Source: Macrostomum hystrix (taxonomy: Eukaryota > Animalia > Platyhelminthes). From it: DNA of 64,000 nt. Positions 50,291-64,000 of the stretch are shown here, one piece after another. Position 1 is the stretch's first letter; each line of letters starts with the position of its first letter. The notes beneath the pieces were generated by a model. The model was not told where the DNA came from. It was given only the letters and a program-made list of their open reading frames with translations, and searched no databases. The stretch is from assembly GCA_950097015.1 (NCBI GenBank), contig CATNEN010000025.1, positions 8,804,001-8,868,000 of the forward strand. Direction: 5' to 3'. A program made the translations under genes and the position numbers.

Positions 50291-50888
50291 GGCAATAGTG
50301 CACTTTTGTTAGCAAAATTATATTTTTTTAAATTGAAATTTTAAAACCAGAAAACAATAACAACAAAAAAAATTGTGTCTTAAACAATTATAACAATTGT
50401 GGCAGAGCACAGTCTCTCTTTTTAGCTCCCTGGTTGCCGAACTTGCCAACTCGTCATTGTGTTCTAGTGGCAGATACAGAGCTTGTCACTGGGCACTGTA
50501 GTAGTGGCAAATCCAGAAAAGCATGTTTCCGAAAGCCCTGTTTGCTCTGAACAGTCGGCGCCACATAAACTTGTGGATGTGGCCCTCAAAGAGGGCATCG
50601 CTTGTTCCATGCATGGCCCTGAATTTGGCCTTGCAATGCGGCCTTAATTTGGCCTTACATTCCCTTGATTGTGTTGGTGAGTGTTGCTTAAACTTATGAG
50701 TTTATGTGGCACAAACAGCGACTAGTGTTACATTCCGTGGCTTGGTGACAAGTTCTGTGACCAGTGAGCTCTGGCACAGTTGCTAGAATCGTTTAAAACA
50801 TCAATTTTTATCATTGTTATTGTTTTCTGGTTTTAAACTTTCAAATTTAAATGAAATATAATTTTGCAAACAAAAGTGCACTATTGCC
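50291..50888. mobile_element. MITE with ~70-bp terminal inverted repeats and 8-bp TSD
   Basis: TIRs 50291-50360 and 50817-50888 (ggcaatagtgcacttttgtt...); TSD taattatt at 50283-50290 and 50889-50896. Confidence 0.85.
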
Positions 50889-50910
50889 TAATTATTTCTC
50901 TTTGTGCTAT

Positions 50911-52157
50911 CAGTGCTAGGCACTTCCGGTACTTTGTTACTTAGGAATTTACATTTTTCTTAAAGTGTTACTTTTTTAGTTACTTTTTTCAACTGCTTTG
51001 AACAGTACTGGGTAATGGAGTAGCCACTGGGTCACTATTGGGTAATGGAGTAGCAATAACAGAGGCTTTTCTCTGTAGTCTGGTCCTCGGGTCCTCTTTT
51101 AATAGCCAAAAGCCATTAGAAACTGCTACAACACTGCTCTCCTAGCTAGTGCTGCAGTTGAGTGTGCATTCTCTGTAGCCAAGGATGTCCTATGTGGTAA
51201 ACATGTGTCCTGAGCAATAGCATGCTCACAATGCTCACAAGGAATTCATTTATGCAGAATTCATTTATGCAGAATTCATTTATGCAGAATTTATGCAGAT
51301 ATAATTAAAAAATATTTTTTTAAATAAAGTATTTTTACAGCAAATAAAAAATTGTTAGAAATTTACAATAAATTTTACTTTTTACTTCTTAAACAAAATT
51401 TAACTTCCCTATTTACAATCCCAGCTTCATTCCATTCCAGTCTAACTCTTGCCCATTGTCAGTTGCCCATTGTTGTTCATTGTCATGTCACGACTCATGT
51501 CAATTCTCTTCCTCTACATCACTCTTCAACTCTTTTCAGTTGTCCATTTTCTAGTTGTTTCCATCCTTCTATCCCTTCTCTCCATCCCTCTCCTTTCTCC
51601 TCTCCTTTCTCCATTCATCTCATTCATTCTTCTCACACAAAAAAATTGAAAATGGAAAAGTTCCCAAAGGTTGCAAACCTGTTTGTTTATGTTTTTGCAT
51701 GTTTACTGTTTATGCATCAGTGGTCACACTGGCTATCAATCTATCATATCATAATGCATATTCTAATATTCTATTCATTCATATTCACATATTGTATTGA
51801 AATTGACAATAAAATAGCAACCGACATCCTATGCCGAGAATAATTTTTATAAGTTTATAATATTTCAACTAACCTGTCCTGTCTAACTGCTAGGCTGCAA
51901 CTTTCACACCTAGCTTTTAGAAAATATTCGCTATTTGGTCCTGGCAAATTTTAAGTAATTTAAATAAATTGTTTTTAAATAATTTAAAATCTGAAAATCC
52001 AAAAATCTGAAAAAATGACATTAGTAACAAAGTAACAGACTAAGTAACGGAAGTTACCTAAAAATCCAAAAGTACCAGTTACAAGTAACTAATGAAAAAT
52101 CATTTTTGGAGAATTTTTAAACAAAAAGTACCCTAAAAGTAACATTGCCCAGCACTG
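50911..52157 (+). mobile_element. Non-autonomous hAT derivative
   Basis: TIR cagtgctaggca / tgcccagcactg; 8-bp TSD tgtgctat / tatgctat (7 of 8 match); subterminal gttact/agtaac repeats; remnant SAAVECAFSVAKDVL of the hAT dimerisation domain near 51150-51200. Confidence 0.85.
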
Positions 52158-52335
52158 TATGCTATATTTATGCCAGTTAGGCTTCTCCCTTTCCACTTTA
52201 GGGTAGCATTCATTAACAGTAGGCAATGTTATACATTGTTTTGCTCAATTATTTTTTAACCTGATTCGAACTCATGTGACCACATTAGTGTGTAGTATGA
52301 TGTGGCAAGGGTCACACACATGCTGATATAGCTTT

Positions 52336-54388
52336 TGCGCCTTTGCGACCGCCCTGGGATCAGCGCAGGCGCCGGACTACAGCAGAATCAGCTCAGCCAT
52401 CGCCACTGCCGCTGCCAAGACTCTGCCGCTTATGGAACCCGCGTCACGGCAACTTCCAGTTTGGGCGAGCGACCCGGAGGTCCGTGAGGCCCGCCGCACT
52501 GTCGAGCAGCTGCGGCGAGCCAGGCGACCGATATCCGATGCCGAGAAGGCCCTGGCAGACGCCTACGCAAGTCGACAGAAAGCCGCTGTTGACGACGCGA
52601 TCCGGGCTGTCACCTCTGTCGGGCCTGAACGGCAGAGCAGGGTCGTCTGGCCGGTCGTGAACGCCCTCACCGGTCGAAAAAAAAAGAAGGCGGCGCTCAA
52701 CCCGGCTGGCGACACTGCCGAGGAGCGCAGAAACGAGCTGCATACCTTCTTCGCCGCCGTCGACTCTGCCGAACGAGATGCCGCTGCCCCCCGAGGTGGC
52801 GCTACCGCGGCAGGAGGACTTCGACACCAGTCCAGTGACCAGCACGGACATCGTGGAGTTCGCCCGCAGGGCACCGCGCCCCCGGTCCGGATGAGGTCCC
52901 CGTCGAGGCGCTGCGGGTCACAAGGGTTGCCACCGAGGTGGCCCGCGTGATGAACGGCGTCCTGGCGGGAGGCCCTGCGCCCCGCGAGTGGACCCAGGCC
53001 ACCATCGTCGGCATCCCGAAGAAGCCCGGCACTACGCGGAATGAGGAGCATCGCGGGATCTCGCTCATGTCCTGTGCCGCGAAGCTGTTCAACCGGGTGC
53101 TGTTAGCACGGTTACAGCCTGTGCTGGACTCGTTTCTGCGGTACGAGCAGAACGGGTTCCGGCACGGTGACTCAGATCCTGGCCCTCCGCCGCATCATCG
53201 AGGAGGCGCGCATCCACCAGTCAAGCCTTGTCGTCATCTTTGTTGACTTTCTCAAGGCTTTCGACTCGGTGGCCCGCGGCGCGCTGCCTCACGTACTCCG
53301 TGCCTACAACATACCGCAGCAGCTGATCTCCGCCATCATCGCGCTGTATCAGGACACAACCGCTGTGTTAGCGACGCCAGACGGACCGTCGGACCAGTTC
53401 AGCACTACCTCCGGAGTGCTGCAGGGTGACACTCTGGCGCCCTTTCTCTTCGTGCTGGTGATGGACTGGGTGCTCAGGACCGGCCTGCCGACTGCAGAGG
53501 ACGGCTTTTCTGCTTCAAAGGCGCACTAGTCGACGGCACCCGAAGAAGAAGCTGTCTGTCCTCAGCTACGCGGACGACCTGCCCCGCTGTCTACGACGGC
53601 CGAAGGCGCCCAACGGCTGCTGGATGGCCTGACTGCGGCGGCGGCGAGGGTCGGCCTCGCTATCAACGCCATGCACAACGAGATGCTGACGGTGCCGCAT
53701 AACCTACCTGCCGAGATTCGACTACAAGACGGTGACGGCCCGGGACCGGGCTCCCGAAGTGCCGTCAGTTCGTCTACCTCGGCGGACTGGTGCCTGACGT
53801 GGGCGACGACCTGGCGAGACGGTGCGGCAAGGCCTGGGCCGCCTTCCGTTCTGTGCGGGCGGTGCTGCTCTCCGAGGCCCTGTCGAACGGCGCCAGGTCC
53901 CAGCTGTTCCAGGCGGTTGTCGAGACCGCCCTGTTGTACAATGCTGAGACCTGGACGATGACCGGGGCGCTCGAGGCGCAGCTCGACGCGGCGCATGCGG
54001 CCCTAGTTCGCGCCGCTTTCGGTGCCCGACGCGGCCCTGGCAGCGAGACATCCGATTCCCTCTACCAGCGTGCGTGCCTAACTCGGCCTTCTGTCCTGCT
54101 GAGTCAGCGGCGCCTGTGTCAGGCCGGGCATGTCTTCCGGGCCGAAGCCTACTGCCCAGAGCCGCTGCAGGATGTCCTGCTGCGGACATCGCAGTGACCG
54201 CGCAGGCGCGGCCTGGGTCAATCAGCCCGCTATGTCGACCGTCTTTTTGAAGACGCCCGAGCACCCAGCCAGGCGGCCGGCGTGAAGTATGTCAGAGACC
54301 TGGCTCTGAAACGCGCGATTTGACGCTCCCCCCTCTTGGCCACTTTTGTGTTCGGCTTGGGCGTAACTATTATTATTATTATTATTAT
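52336..54388 (+). mobile_element. 5'-truncated, frameshifted RTE-like LINE with (TAT)n tail
   Basis: RT motifs RGISLMS, EQNGFR, QILALRRIIE, FVDFLKAFDSV, GVLQGDTLAPFLF, SYADDL spread over several frames; tail 54368-54392; apparent 9-bp TSD tatagcttt at 52327-52335 and 54389-54397. Confidence 0.88.
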
Positions 54389-55803
54389 TATAGCTTTGCA
54401 AGGTTTTAAGTGCTGATGTGGATTTATTGGGCTTAAATGCCATAGACATGTGGGCTTTGTGTGCTGTTGCTGGGGATGACTAGTGGCAAAATATAAGAAG
54501 TGCATCTTGATTCTCCTAACAGCTAATATTTCTATGCCATGGCTGATTGGCCAGCTGCTCCATCTTGGATTGTGCCACCAAATGAGGTATGAGGTGCAGC
54601 AGAGTTACTGGATTTGTCAATGTCAACAATTACCTTTCGGGACATTTCATTACTATTTTACTACCCACTACCTATTTCATTACTCTTCTGAATGACTGAC
54701 CGACAGAGCATTTTCACTTGTTGCTATTTGTTTTTCCTTGTTCATTTCATTGTTTTCCAATATTCCCTGATGAGGATGTGCAATTTCATAAAAAAATAAT
54801 TATGCAAAACAAAGTACAACATTGCCCATTGTCCAAGTGGCAAGACACTCTTCTCCTATTTGCTCATAGGCTAACTGGCTTTTTGTTAAGAAAAACCTTC
54901 TAGGCTTCTCATGGGCTGAAGTTGCTCAGCCTCACACAGGATATTTGTGCTTGTCACACAGGATATTTACTTTACTTATACTTATAGAATTTCTCTGGCC
55001 TGCTTTTTCTTCTTAGTCAAATAACACTTGAACACTTTGGGAATGGGCAAAGTTTTTCCAAGCTAGCAAGTGATTATATTTATAGCCATAATTTGAGGTG
55101 GGTGTCATAGAGCAGTTAAAGGTTAAAATATCAAAGTATTATGCCCCAGAGATTTAAATTAGCATTTTATGATTATGTTATTATTAGCTTGTCACATATG
55201 GTTACTGGTCAATTTGGACATATGGCCATATTGCCACAGAAAATTTGGTTATTGACATTGGTCTTTATGTAGACCTATGCATATGGCCACACCACATATG
55301 CAATGCTATATATACACTTGTATAACGTATATAAAATTGTGCTAGATTGTGAATGCCCTAGACTGAATAATAACTTTTTAAATCTCGTCAGATATCTCTA
55401 TAGTTTAACATATGTGTATTAGCTATAGATGGCAATGCTCAGAATCATTGTTTGTCACTGCTTTGAGTTTACAAAGCCAATGCCTTGTCTAAAAAGTTAA
55501 CAATTGTCATAAAATGGTTGCTCAATTAAAATGGTTGCAAAACTGACAACTGAACATATTTGTACAACTACAAGCTAGCTTTAAGAAAATATTAAGGGGA
55601 CAAAGCTATGCAGGTGGAAAATCATTGGTGGAATACAGAAACAAAATTAACAGAGTTAACAAAGTTATGACATTCTATATTTGTATTAGTATATGCTGGG
55701 AGCTAGGTATTATAATTTAGTTCTACAGAAGGAAAAAATTTAAGAGCAAGTACTTTAGGTACTGACTAATAAATGTAAATTATATTTGCTTTCAACGTTT
55801 CAG

Positions 55804-58401
55804 CCAAATTAGCACTAAATATGCGAATTGAAAACATAGCTAATTATGAAGAGAAGGTGAAAGATTTTGCCTCCAAGCTTCAACCTGTGGACTGTCTGCT
55901 AGTGATTGAAAATGTCCGGGTCTTCAGTGGCTCAACAAAGTGAGTAAATGAGTGTTTGATGCCCGTTAGTTTTAGACTAACAGTTTTCAGTCACCTTTTA
56001 GGCAGTGTAGAAATATTAATTTACTGACAAAATCTGCTCGCTTGATGCTTAACAGTAGGACTACCAAGCCATTTTGCCGCCAGTTTTTATACCAAGGGAG
56101 AGAAACCCCTGAAACATTTTTTGGCAGCGCCTGAATGCTGGTGGTGACTGTTTGATAGGCAATGGACTAGGCAATGGTGTACTGTGGTTGAGCTGCGCCT
56201 AATGTTTGGAGAAATTCGCGTCAGTGTGTCCACATTCGCCTATTTCCACCTGTTGTAGCCATTGAAGGTCCAGCAAATCCGTCTAGATAAAGTTAGGTGA
56301 CCACCGAAGACGGAGATGATGCAGGCACATTCGGGTGACATGCTGATCAATTTTGAAGGACTGGCAAGGCCGCACTGAGGCGCATTGCTAATTTGTGTAT
56401 AGGTGCATGAAATACTCTAGCGCTTATGGGAGAATCCGACCTTCGGCAAGAAACATTGAATATCTTGACGATCTGAAGAGCTGGCAACTAGGTTATTGTT
56501 TCCGATGATGCGCAACAAAAAGTTGACCCGTGTTTTGAAGTTTCGTGTGCTTGCGTTGTTCCGTTCAGGTTAATTTTGCTGCTGGGGTAACTTCGCATTT
56601 GCCATGCCTTCAGATGACTCGTCATCTACAAGTGTAATTAACAAGATGAAATTGAATTTTACCATAAGGTACATGGCCCACGCGCTGCCGCACTACGTGA
56701 AACCCTACCTGGAGAGCCTAAATGGTGCCGAAGGATTAAAATCAGATTTTGGCTACGACGAGTTAACTTCGCTATTCCGAGTGGTCTCATTCAATAGGGA
56801 CACTGTTAAGGAGTCCTTTAGCGAAGCTCTAGGAGACCGGACACCGATGATTCATCGGGTACTGAAGCTGCTGGAGGCTGCGCAATTTGATCGCTACCCT
56901 GATCCTCACAGGTAAGAATTCAACTTTCCAAAAGTATTTTTTTCTTCCCAACATTCGTATTTTTCTTCCCCATATCTCATCTTTTCCCCCAAATCTCATC
57001 CTTTCCCCCAAATTCCATCCTTTTCCCCCAAATTCCATCCTTTTCCCATAAATCTCATCCTTTCCCCCAAATCTCATCCTTTTCCCCCAAATCTCATCCT
57101 TTCCCCCAAATTCCATCCTTTTCCCCCAAATTCCATCCTTTTCCCATAAATCTCATCCTTTCCCCCAAATCTCATCCTTTTCCCCCAAATCTCATCCTTT
57201 CCTCCCAAATCCCATCCTTTTTCCCCAAATCCCATCTTCCCCCAGATGCTTATCATTCATCCCCAAATCCCATCCTATTCCTCAGATGCTTATCATTCAT
57301 CCCCAAATCACATCCTATTCCTCAGATGCTTATCATTCATCCCCAAATCACATCCTATTCCTCAGATGCTTATCATTCATCCCCAAATCCCATCCTATTC
57401 CCCAGATGCTTATCATTCATCCCCAAATCCCATCCTATTCCCCAGATGCTTATCATTCATCCCCAAATCCCATCCTATTCCTCAGATGCTTATCATTCAT
57501 CCCCAAATCACATCCTATTCCTCAGATGCTTATCATTCATCCCCAAATCCCATCCTATTCCTCAGATGCTTATCATTCATCCCCAAATCACATCCTATTC
57601 CTCAGATGCTTATCATTCATCCCCAAATCCCATCCTATTCCTCAGATGCTTATCATTCATCCCCAAATCCCATCTCATGTCTCCCACAGGAAGGAGTGCG
57701 CCAGCTCCAGCCTGCTAGCCCAGCTGGTGTCCGAGGAGTTTGCCGCCCTGTCTGAATACAGAGCTGGACGATGTCAGTCAACGCGCCGACACGCCTGCCT
57801 GATCGTCCATAGTCGCCTCTCTCCAGACGGCCTGTCTGCGTTGGAGTCCGTTCTGAGCGCCCAGTCGGCCACACTGACCGTGCTGTCCCCTAGACTCAAT
57901 CAGCAGCTAGACGAGCTCTACGAAAAGGTCAACGGCGCGGCGGGTTGCGTCGCCCTGGACGCCGTTCAACGCAGTCCCCGCTGGGAGCTGGTTCGCCTGC
58001 CGCCTGCTATTTTTGTTGCTAGCCATTCGCAGCATCAGCAGCCTCAGCAGCTTCAGCCGCATTACAATAGTCTTCAGCACACGCATCATTCAGATGTTCA
58101 GTTTCCTGATTCTCAGCTGCAGCAATTGCAACAGCAGCAGCAGCATCAGCAGCAGCAGCTGCCAATTCCTTCGCCGCGCATTCTATGGCAAGGCACTTTC
58201 GAGTTTACCAAATCCGCCACCAGAATGTCCTTCCAGCTGCCAGTTCGCTTCGTGGAGATTCTGTCGGCGCCTGATCAGCCGCCAAATCCTTGGAGCTTTC
58301 ATCATTTTGAGCAGAACAAGCAAACCGCCAGTTGTGCAATTCTAAAGCCGGAACTTCATCCTACTGTCGAGGATCACTTTCGCAAATATCCCAGCTTGTA
58401 G
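55804..58401 (+). CDS. Same uncharacterised gene, copy 3 (exons 55804-55939, 56403-56491, 56614-56911, 57690-58401)
   Basis: Exons as in copies 1 and 2; upstream flank differs from copy 2 and may be the native context. Confidence 0.6.
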
Positions 58402-60203
58402 AGTGCAGAATTACGGTACTATTTATTTTAACCAATCATGCGCTAACTACTCTACTGATCCGCTTAGTAGTATTTTTAGAAAATGCGAATTAGAAAACAT
58501 ACAAGTACAACATGTGATTCATTTTACCAAAAAATGAGAATCGAATCAATCAAAAATCATGTGACTACTATTAATAGTATCCAATCAATTTTTATGTCAT
58601 AAGCAACCAGCGATCCCACCAATCATGTTACCCAAAATCAATCAAAAGGTCAAGAAAGCGATAATCCATCTTTTTGCGCTTCTACTAGTTTAGTTGTAAA
58701 AAGTCTAACCTCTCAAGTTGTCAAGCGTTGACCCAGACTTTTTGACAACATTTTGACACCTGTACTTTAAACGCACTCATCGAACCCGAGAGGGTCCGAT
58801 TCTCTATAAATACAAGAGCTCCGAAGCGAGCCCAGATTCAGAGTCTCGCCGAGACGAGCAGAGTCTCGCAGAAAAGAGAAAACGGAGAGTCTGAAGTGGA
58901 TTGGACTCCAGGTCCAAGACTTGTGGTAAGAGTTCCTTGATTTATCCTAATTAATTAATTATTAATTAGTAAAGCTTTCTTGATCTAAGTTAAACCTCTC
59001 CGAGTAATCGTTAAACCAACGATTACAGCGTAATCACAGACGTGTGATTATATTGAATATATTACAAAGGGTGAGCGCGGCGAGCGCCAGACTCGAGGTA
59101 AAACCTACCAGGGCTGGTAAGAAGGAACACACTCCACAAGTGACTATTGGTTAACCGACATCAACGATAAATCAGAACCAGGAAGATACCACACCTGATT
59201 ACTATTGGCCCAGTGTAACCGCAACCGAGACGAGGAGAATAGATTAAATTCTCTTGCCTTCAAACGATCCAGGTACCTGAAAGACAACCAAAAGCCAAGC
59301 GCATCAAAGCACTCGAAGCCGGCCGCAAACAAACCAAGAGGACCAGAGAACCACAAAAGCAAAGAAGGTAAGAACTAAAACTTCTGCTAAATTAGTATTA
59401 ATTACTGGGGCACCCAGCAGTTGCTGGAAGTGATCAATTCCTAAAAGAGAAACAAGGAACTTATCAAGCTTTTATCGGGTGCAAATTGTTCCCATCAATG
59501 GGGAAGATGTGCAGCACTTGTTGGACACTTTTGGATCCTGTGTGAGTCTTCAGAGCTTTAGTTCCAGCAACTAAGAGAGAGAGAGAGTAGGGTGAGGATA
59601 TGAGAGAGTAGAGTGAGGATATGAGAGAGTAGGGTGACGATATGAGAGAGTAGGGTGAGGATATGAGAGAGTAGGGTGAGGATATGAGAGAGTAGGGTGA
59701 GGATTTGAGAGAGTAGGGTGAGGATATGAGAGAGTAGGGTAAGGATATGAGAGAGTAGGGTGAGGATATGCGAGAGTAGGGTGAGGATATGAGAGAGTAG
59801 GGTGAGGATATGAGAGAGTAGTGTGAGGATATGAGAGAGTAGGGTGAGGATATGCGAGAGTAGGGTGAGGATATGAGAGAGTAGGGTGAGGATATGAGAG
59901 AGTAGTGTGAGGATATGAGAGAGTAGGGTGAGGATATGAGAGAGTAGAGTGAGGATATGAGAGAGTAGGGTGAGGATATGAGAGAGTAGGGTGAGGATAT
60001 GAGAGAGTAGGGTGAGGATATGAGAGAGTAGAGTTTCTTTCCTGAAGTTTTCTTTCCTGAAGTTTTCTTTCCTAAAGTTTTCTTTCCAGAGTTTCTCTTT
60101 CCTAAACCACTTGGTGCCCACCCACCCACCTGTCTAATTAACCTGGCTGCCCACATAACTGTCTAATTAACCTGGCTGCCCACATAACTGTCTAATTAAC
60201 CTG

Positions 60204-63200
60204 ACTTAACCACCCACTTGACTTACTTGACTTAGCGGCAGGGGGCCTCCATGACGGACGCAGCGAGGAGGCGGCTGTTGCCGCCCATATCGCTAACCCC
60301 TGGCAGCCAGACGGCCTCCAGCGAGGCGGTGCCGCTCAGGGTGGTCCGTCGGTCGGTTCCGCCGCGCGATCTTCCTCGCCATAGGCTGGGAAGAAATCAG
60401 CTCGGCCGGTATCCCGGAGGAAGTGGGCGAGCTGAGGGATGTTCTCGGGCGAGCAGGCTTCGGCAAGAGTCGGTGCCGGCCCGAGGTGTTTTAGCCTAGC
60501 CCGGGTGAAGGCCGGGCAGTGGCAAATGAAATGCTCGGCGTTTTCACGGCCGGAGCAGCAGAAAGGACACGTTTCCTCAGGCACGTGGCCTTGGAGGTAG
60601 CGGTGTCTGGTGAAGCAGCCATGTCCCGAAAGGGCCATGGTGACTGCTCTCAGGTCTCTGCGGTTTAGCCTGAGTAAGGCCTTACGCAGGTTACTAGAGG
60701 GGGTTGGCACCGCAGCCCTGGACTGGCGACAGTTCAGGGTGCTGGACCACCTCCTCCGGTGCTGGGTCTCCATCCAGTGGTTGATGCTGGAGTTGACAAC
60801 GGAGGCGGGGATCGGGGATTCCGGGCCCGGGCCCATCAGGGAGCTGGCTGCTCCAGCCTTTGCAAGCTCGTCCGCCATCTCATTCCCTGTGAGCCCGGCG
60901 TGCCCAGGGATCCACATCAGCTCCACCTTGTTAGACTGCGCCAAACCGTTTAACTGGGTGTTGCAGTCCAAGGTGGTTCTGGAGCGAGAGGTGCAGCGAC
61001 TGAGGGCCTTGAGGGCTGCTTGACTGTCGGAGTGAAAAAAGATCCTCCGACCAGCCAGCTGCCTCTGGCGCAGCTCAGCCGCACAGAAGCTGATGGCGAG
61101 CATTTCGTTTTGGAAAACGCTTGAGCTCTTGCCACAGTGTTGGGAGTGGGTCCAGAGGACCTCGCCACCCGAGGCGACGCACACCCCGAATCCCGATTTA
61201 CCGTTCATCAGGGAGCCGTCAGTGTAACAGTGGACTGCGGGGTCATCCCAGCAGTCCTTTACCTCATTACGAGGGAAGATGCTGACTTTGTACCTGTGGC
61301 TCCGGAGTAAAGTGGCCGGGGCCCCGTCCGAAAGGATGGTGAGCCCTCCGCACTCGCCCAGAGTTTTCAGGCAGAGGTCAGAGTGGGGCAGAAGGGAGCG
61401 CTTCGAGAAGGCTCGCGAATTCTGGAAGGATACACCCGCATCAAGGAGACGACGGGTGGACTTTGCCGCTTCCCCCTTAACAAAAATGTCAATGGGTGTA
61501 GCGTTGAGGAAAGCGTTCATGCCTTCAAAGGGAGTGGAGGGTGGGGCGCCCAGCGTCATGCGACAGGCTCTGCCCTGCACCCTATAAAGCGCCTCCAGGT
61601 TTTTCTGGATGCTCATGGCACTGGCCCAGATGAGGCCAGCGTAAGCGACTGACGGTCTAATGATCGCCGTGTAAATCCACCAAAGGTTTTTGGGGGTTAG
61701 CCCCCAAGTGGTGCCCACGGCTCGCCTGACTTGCGCCAGAATGGCCAGGGCCCTCTTGGCCTTTGTGGTAATGTGCGGGGTCCAGTTAAGCCTATGGTCT
61801 AGCAGGATACCAAGGCACCGGACCTGCTTTTCCATGGCAATATTCTTGCCATAGAGAGTCAGAGGCTCAATGGTCCAGCGCAGCCTGCTGGTAAACATAA
61901 CCGCAACGGTCTTGGACTCAGAGAGTCGGAGCCCGCATTGGTCCGCCCAGCGCACCGCCCTGTTGATAAAGCCCTGAATGAGGTCCCTGGTGGTTTCCGC
62001 CGAGGGGCCCGCGCAGATGGCGGTCACATCGTCGGCATATCCCACCTTCAGGACTGGGTCAGGCCGAGTGCTTTTTAGCAGCTCATCCATGACGAGATTC
62101 CACAGCAGTGGGGTGAGGACGCCACCTTGGGGCCCTCCTTTTAGGACAGGTGCCGAGAGCACCCTGCCTTCGAGGTGGGCCACCACGTGGCGATTCCGGA
62201 TCATGTACATGACCCAACGGACGAGGTGGGGGTGAGTGGCCCTGGAAACCAGGGCCTTCTCAAAGGCTTCGAAAATAACGTTATCGAAGGCCCCCTCAAT
62301 ATCAAGGAAAACAGCCAGGGCAAAACCGCTGCCCAGCACTGCCTTCTCGAGAGTCTCCACAATGCAGTGGAGGGCGCTCTCCGTGGACCGGCCCGCCCGA
62401 AAGGCGTGCTGGTTTGGTGAGAGCGGGGCCCGCCCTAGCTCTACAGTAAGAAGGCGCCAGAGCACCAGTCTTTCCATGAGCTTGAGGCAGGTGGAAGTCA
62501 AGCTTATCGGGCGATAAGACTTGACCGAGCGATAGTCGCCTTTGGCGGGCTTCGGGATGAAGACGACCCGGGCTTCATGCCACCGCGCTGGTACGTAGCC
62601 CAGCACGATGCAGGCCCGTAGAAGTCTGCAGAGGAGATGGAGGAAGCGGCCATTTTTAACCGCTTCATGCAGAAAGGCCGGATATATACCATCTGGCCCA
62701 GGTGCTTTAAAAGGATTGAATGACTTAGCCGCGCGAACGATGCGGTCATTCGTAACGAGTGACTGAGCCAGGCCCTGACCTCCACGCGAGTGGTCGTCTG
62801 GGCCGAAGTGCGCCGGTACACTCGGGAAGAAATGCCCTAGCATAAGCTCGAGCGTTTCCTCCGGGCGCTCAGTGATCGAGCCGTCCGGCTTTTTAATCGA
62901 TGAGAGCTTGGAGAAGCGGTCGTTGGTGAGCGCCTTTACCACGCGGGCCGTGGGCCGCGAGCCCTCAAGCCCTTCGCAGTATTGTCGCCACTTGTCCGCT
63001 TTTGCCCTTCTGACCCGGCCCTTAAACTCATGGATGGCGCGAGTATAGGCCTCTTTGTCATCAGGGTCGTGCGAGGTTTTCAGCTTCCTCTGGAGAGCCT
63101 TAGCTCGGCGTCTTAGGACTCCGAGCTCGGGGTTCCACCAGGGGGCCGATTTTTTGCCTTTGTAGGCTTTGAGCGGGCAAGCCATTTCGTAGGCCTCTGT

Positions 63201-64000
63201 GATGGCGCCGCCCAGCAGGGCAGCCACTCCATCCAGGTCCTGCGTGGTTTCCATGGCCATGGAGGGGTCAGAATCCCGAAGGCCCTCATGCAGCTTTTGG
63301 CTGAACGCGGGCCAGTCGGTATTTCTGACATTACGCCTCCAAATAGGCTTTTGCTTCTTATCGGGGGTGCCGATGTTGAAACGGATGAAACGGTGGTCCG
63401 AGAGCGAGCTTTCGGTCTCCCACACCTCCCACCCCAGCACCCTTGGGAGGATGCCGGGTGAGGCCAGGGTGACGTCAAGCACCTCAGCCCACCGCCCATT
63501 GTCGAAAGTGGGCGTGTTGCCCACATTGCAGAAGTTTAGAGGCGTGCCGCTGACGAAGGCCAGGAGCTCTTCGCCGCGGTCATTGATTTTTGAGCTACCC
63601 CAGTGGGTGTGATGCGAGTTTACATCTCCCGCGAGGAGCAGCTCGAAGTTTCGTGCCCTGGCGAATTCACAGAGGGCGACGAGGGTATCGCTAACCACGG
63701 GGGCGTCGCCTGCCAGGTAGGCGGATGCCACGAGGGTCAACTTGTTAGGCACAATGTGTGCAGATTGGATGACGCAGATGTCCCCGTTAGAGAGATCGGG
63801 TCTCATCCACGCATTTAAGGCTTTTGCGGCATAGATCAGTGATCTAGGGCGGACAGAGTCTGCCATGCAGAAGCAGTCATAGCCAGCAGGAATGTTGCTT
63901 GGCTTGTTCTTTGATAGCCAGGGCTCCTGCACAAGTACAAGGCCCGGCATCATGCGCTCTGTCGTGCGCATCAGATTGACTGATGCTGCCACGCAGTGCT
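60204..64000 (-). mobile_element. Same LINE, copy 3 (3' part; ORF2 open from 60336 to the window edge)
   Basis: ORF2 nearly identical to copy 1; left repeat at 60115-60203. Confidence 0.93.

Larger units (their letters stand above)
55704..64000. repeat. Segmental duplication unit, copy 3 (runs off window)
   Basis: Near-identical to 1-8149 at offset 55851 (+5 more after the LINE 3' junction). Confidence 0.97.

Noticed and set aside
51352-51843. AT-rich ORFs inside the hAT derivative
   Set aside because: Low-complexity, compositionally driven, no transposase motifs.

Overview
Eukaryotic (intron-containing, invertebrate-like) repeat-rich DNA; the organism cannot be identified from the sequence alone. 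The window holds three near-identical copies of a ~22.5-23.7 kb segment: copy 1 <1-23659, copy 2 24596-47168, copy 3 55704->64000. They are separated by unrelated spacers made mostly of TE fragments. Each complete unit contains (copy 3 is cut off inside the LINE): (i) the 3' exons of an unidentified gene; (ii) a near-full-length LOA/I-group-like LINE on the minus strand (ORF1, then APE-RT-RNaseH-CCHC ORF2), flanked by 89-bp direct repeats; (iii) an orphan MOV10/MOV10L1 helicase exon; (iv) a BEL/Pao LTR-retrotransposon remnant carrying a 12/18-bp array; (v) a spliced gene for a putative GPI-anchored CUB + C-type-lectin-like protein; (vi) several minisatellites, SINEs and a one-ended CAGGGTAATC repeat. 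The 47.3-55.7 kb spacer contains an LTR-like piece with clustered heat-shock elements, a CORE-type SINE, a MITE, a hAT derivative and a 5'-truncated RTE-like LINE. The most notable signals lie in the LINE: a very long apparent target-site duplication, an HDV-like ribozyme fold at its 5' end that lacks a visible P1 5' strand, a duplicated structured 5'UTR motif, and ORF1/ORF2 in frame across a single UAG. Most ORFs in the supplied track are antisense shadows or repeat-derived.
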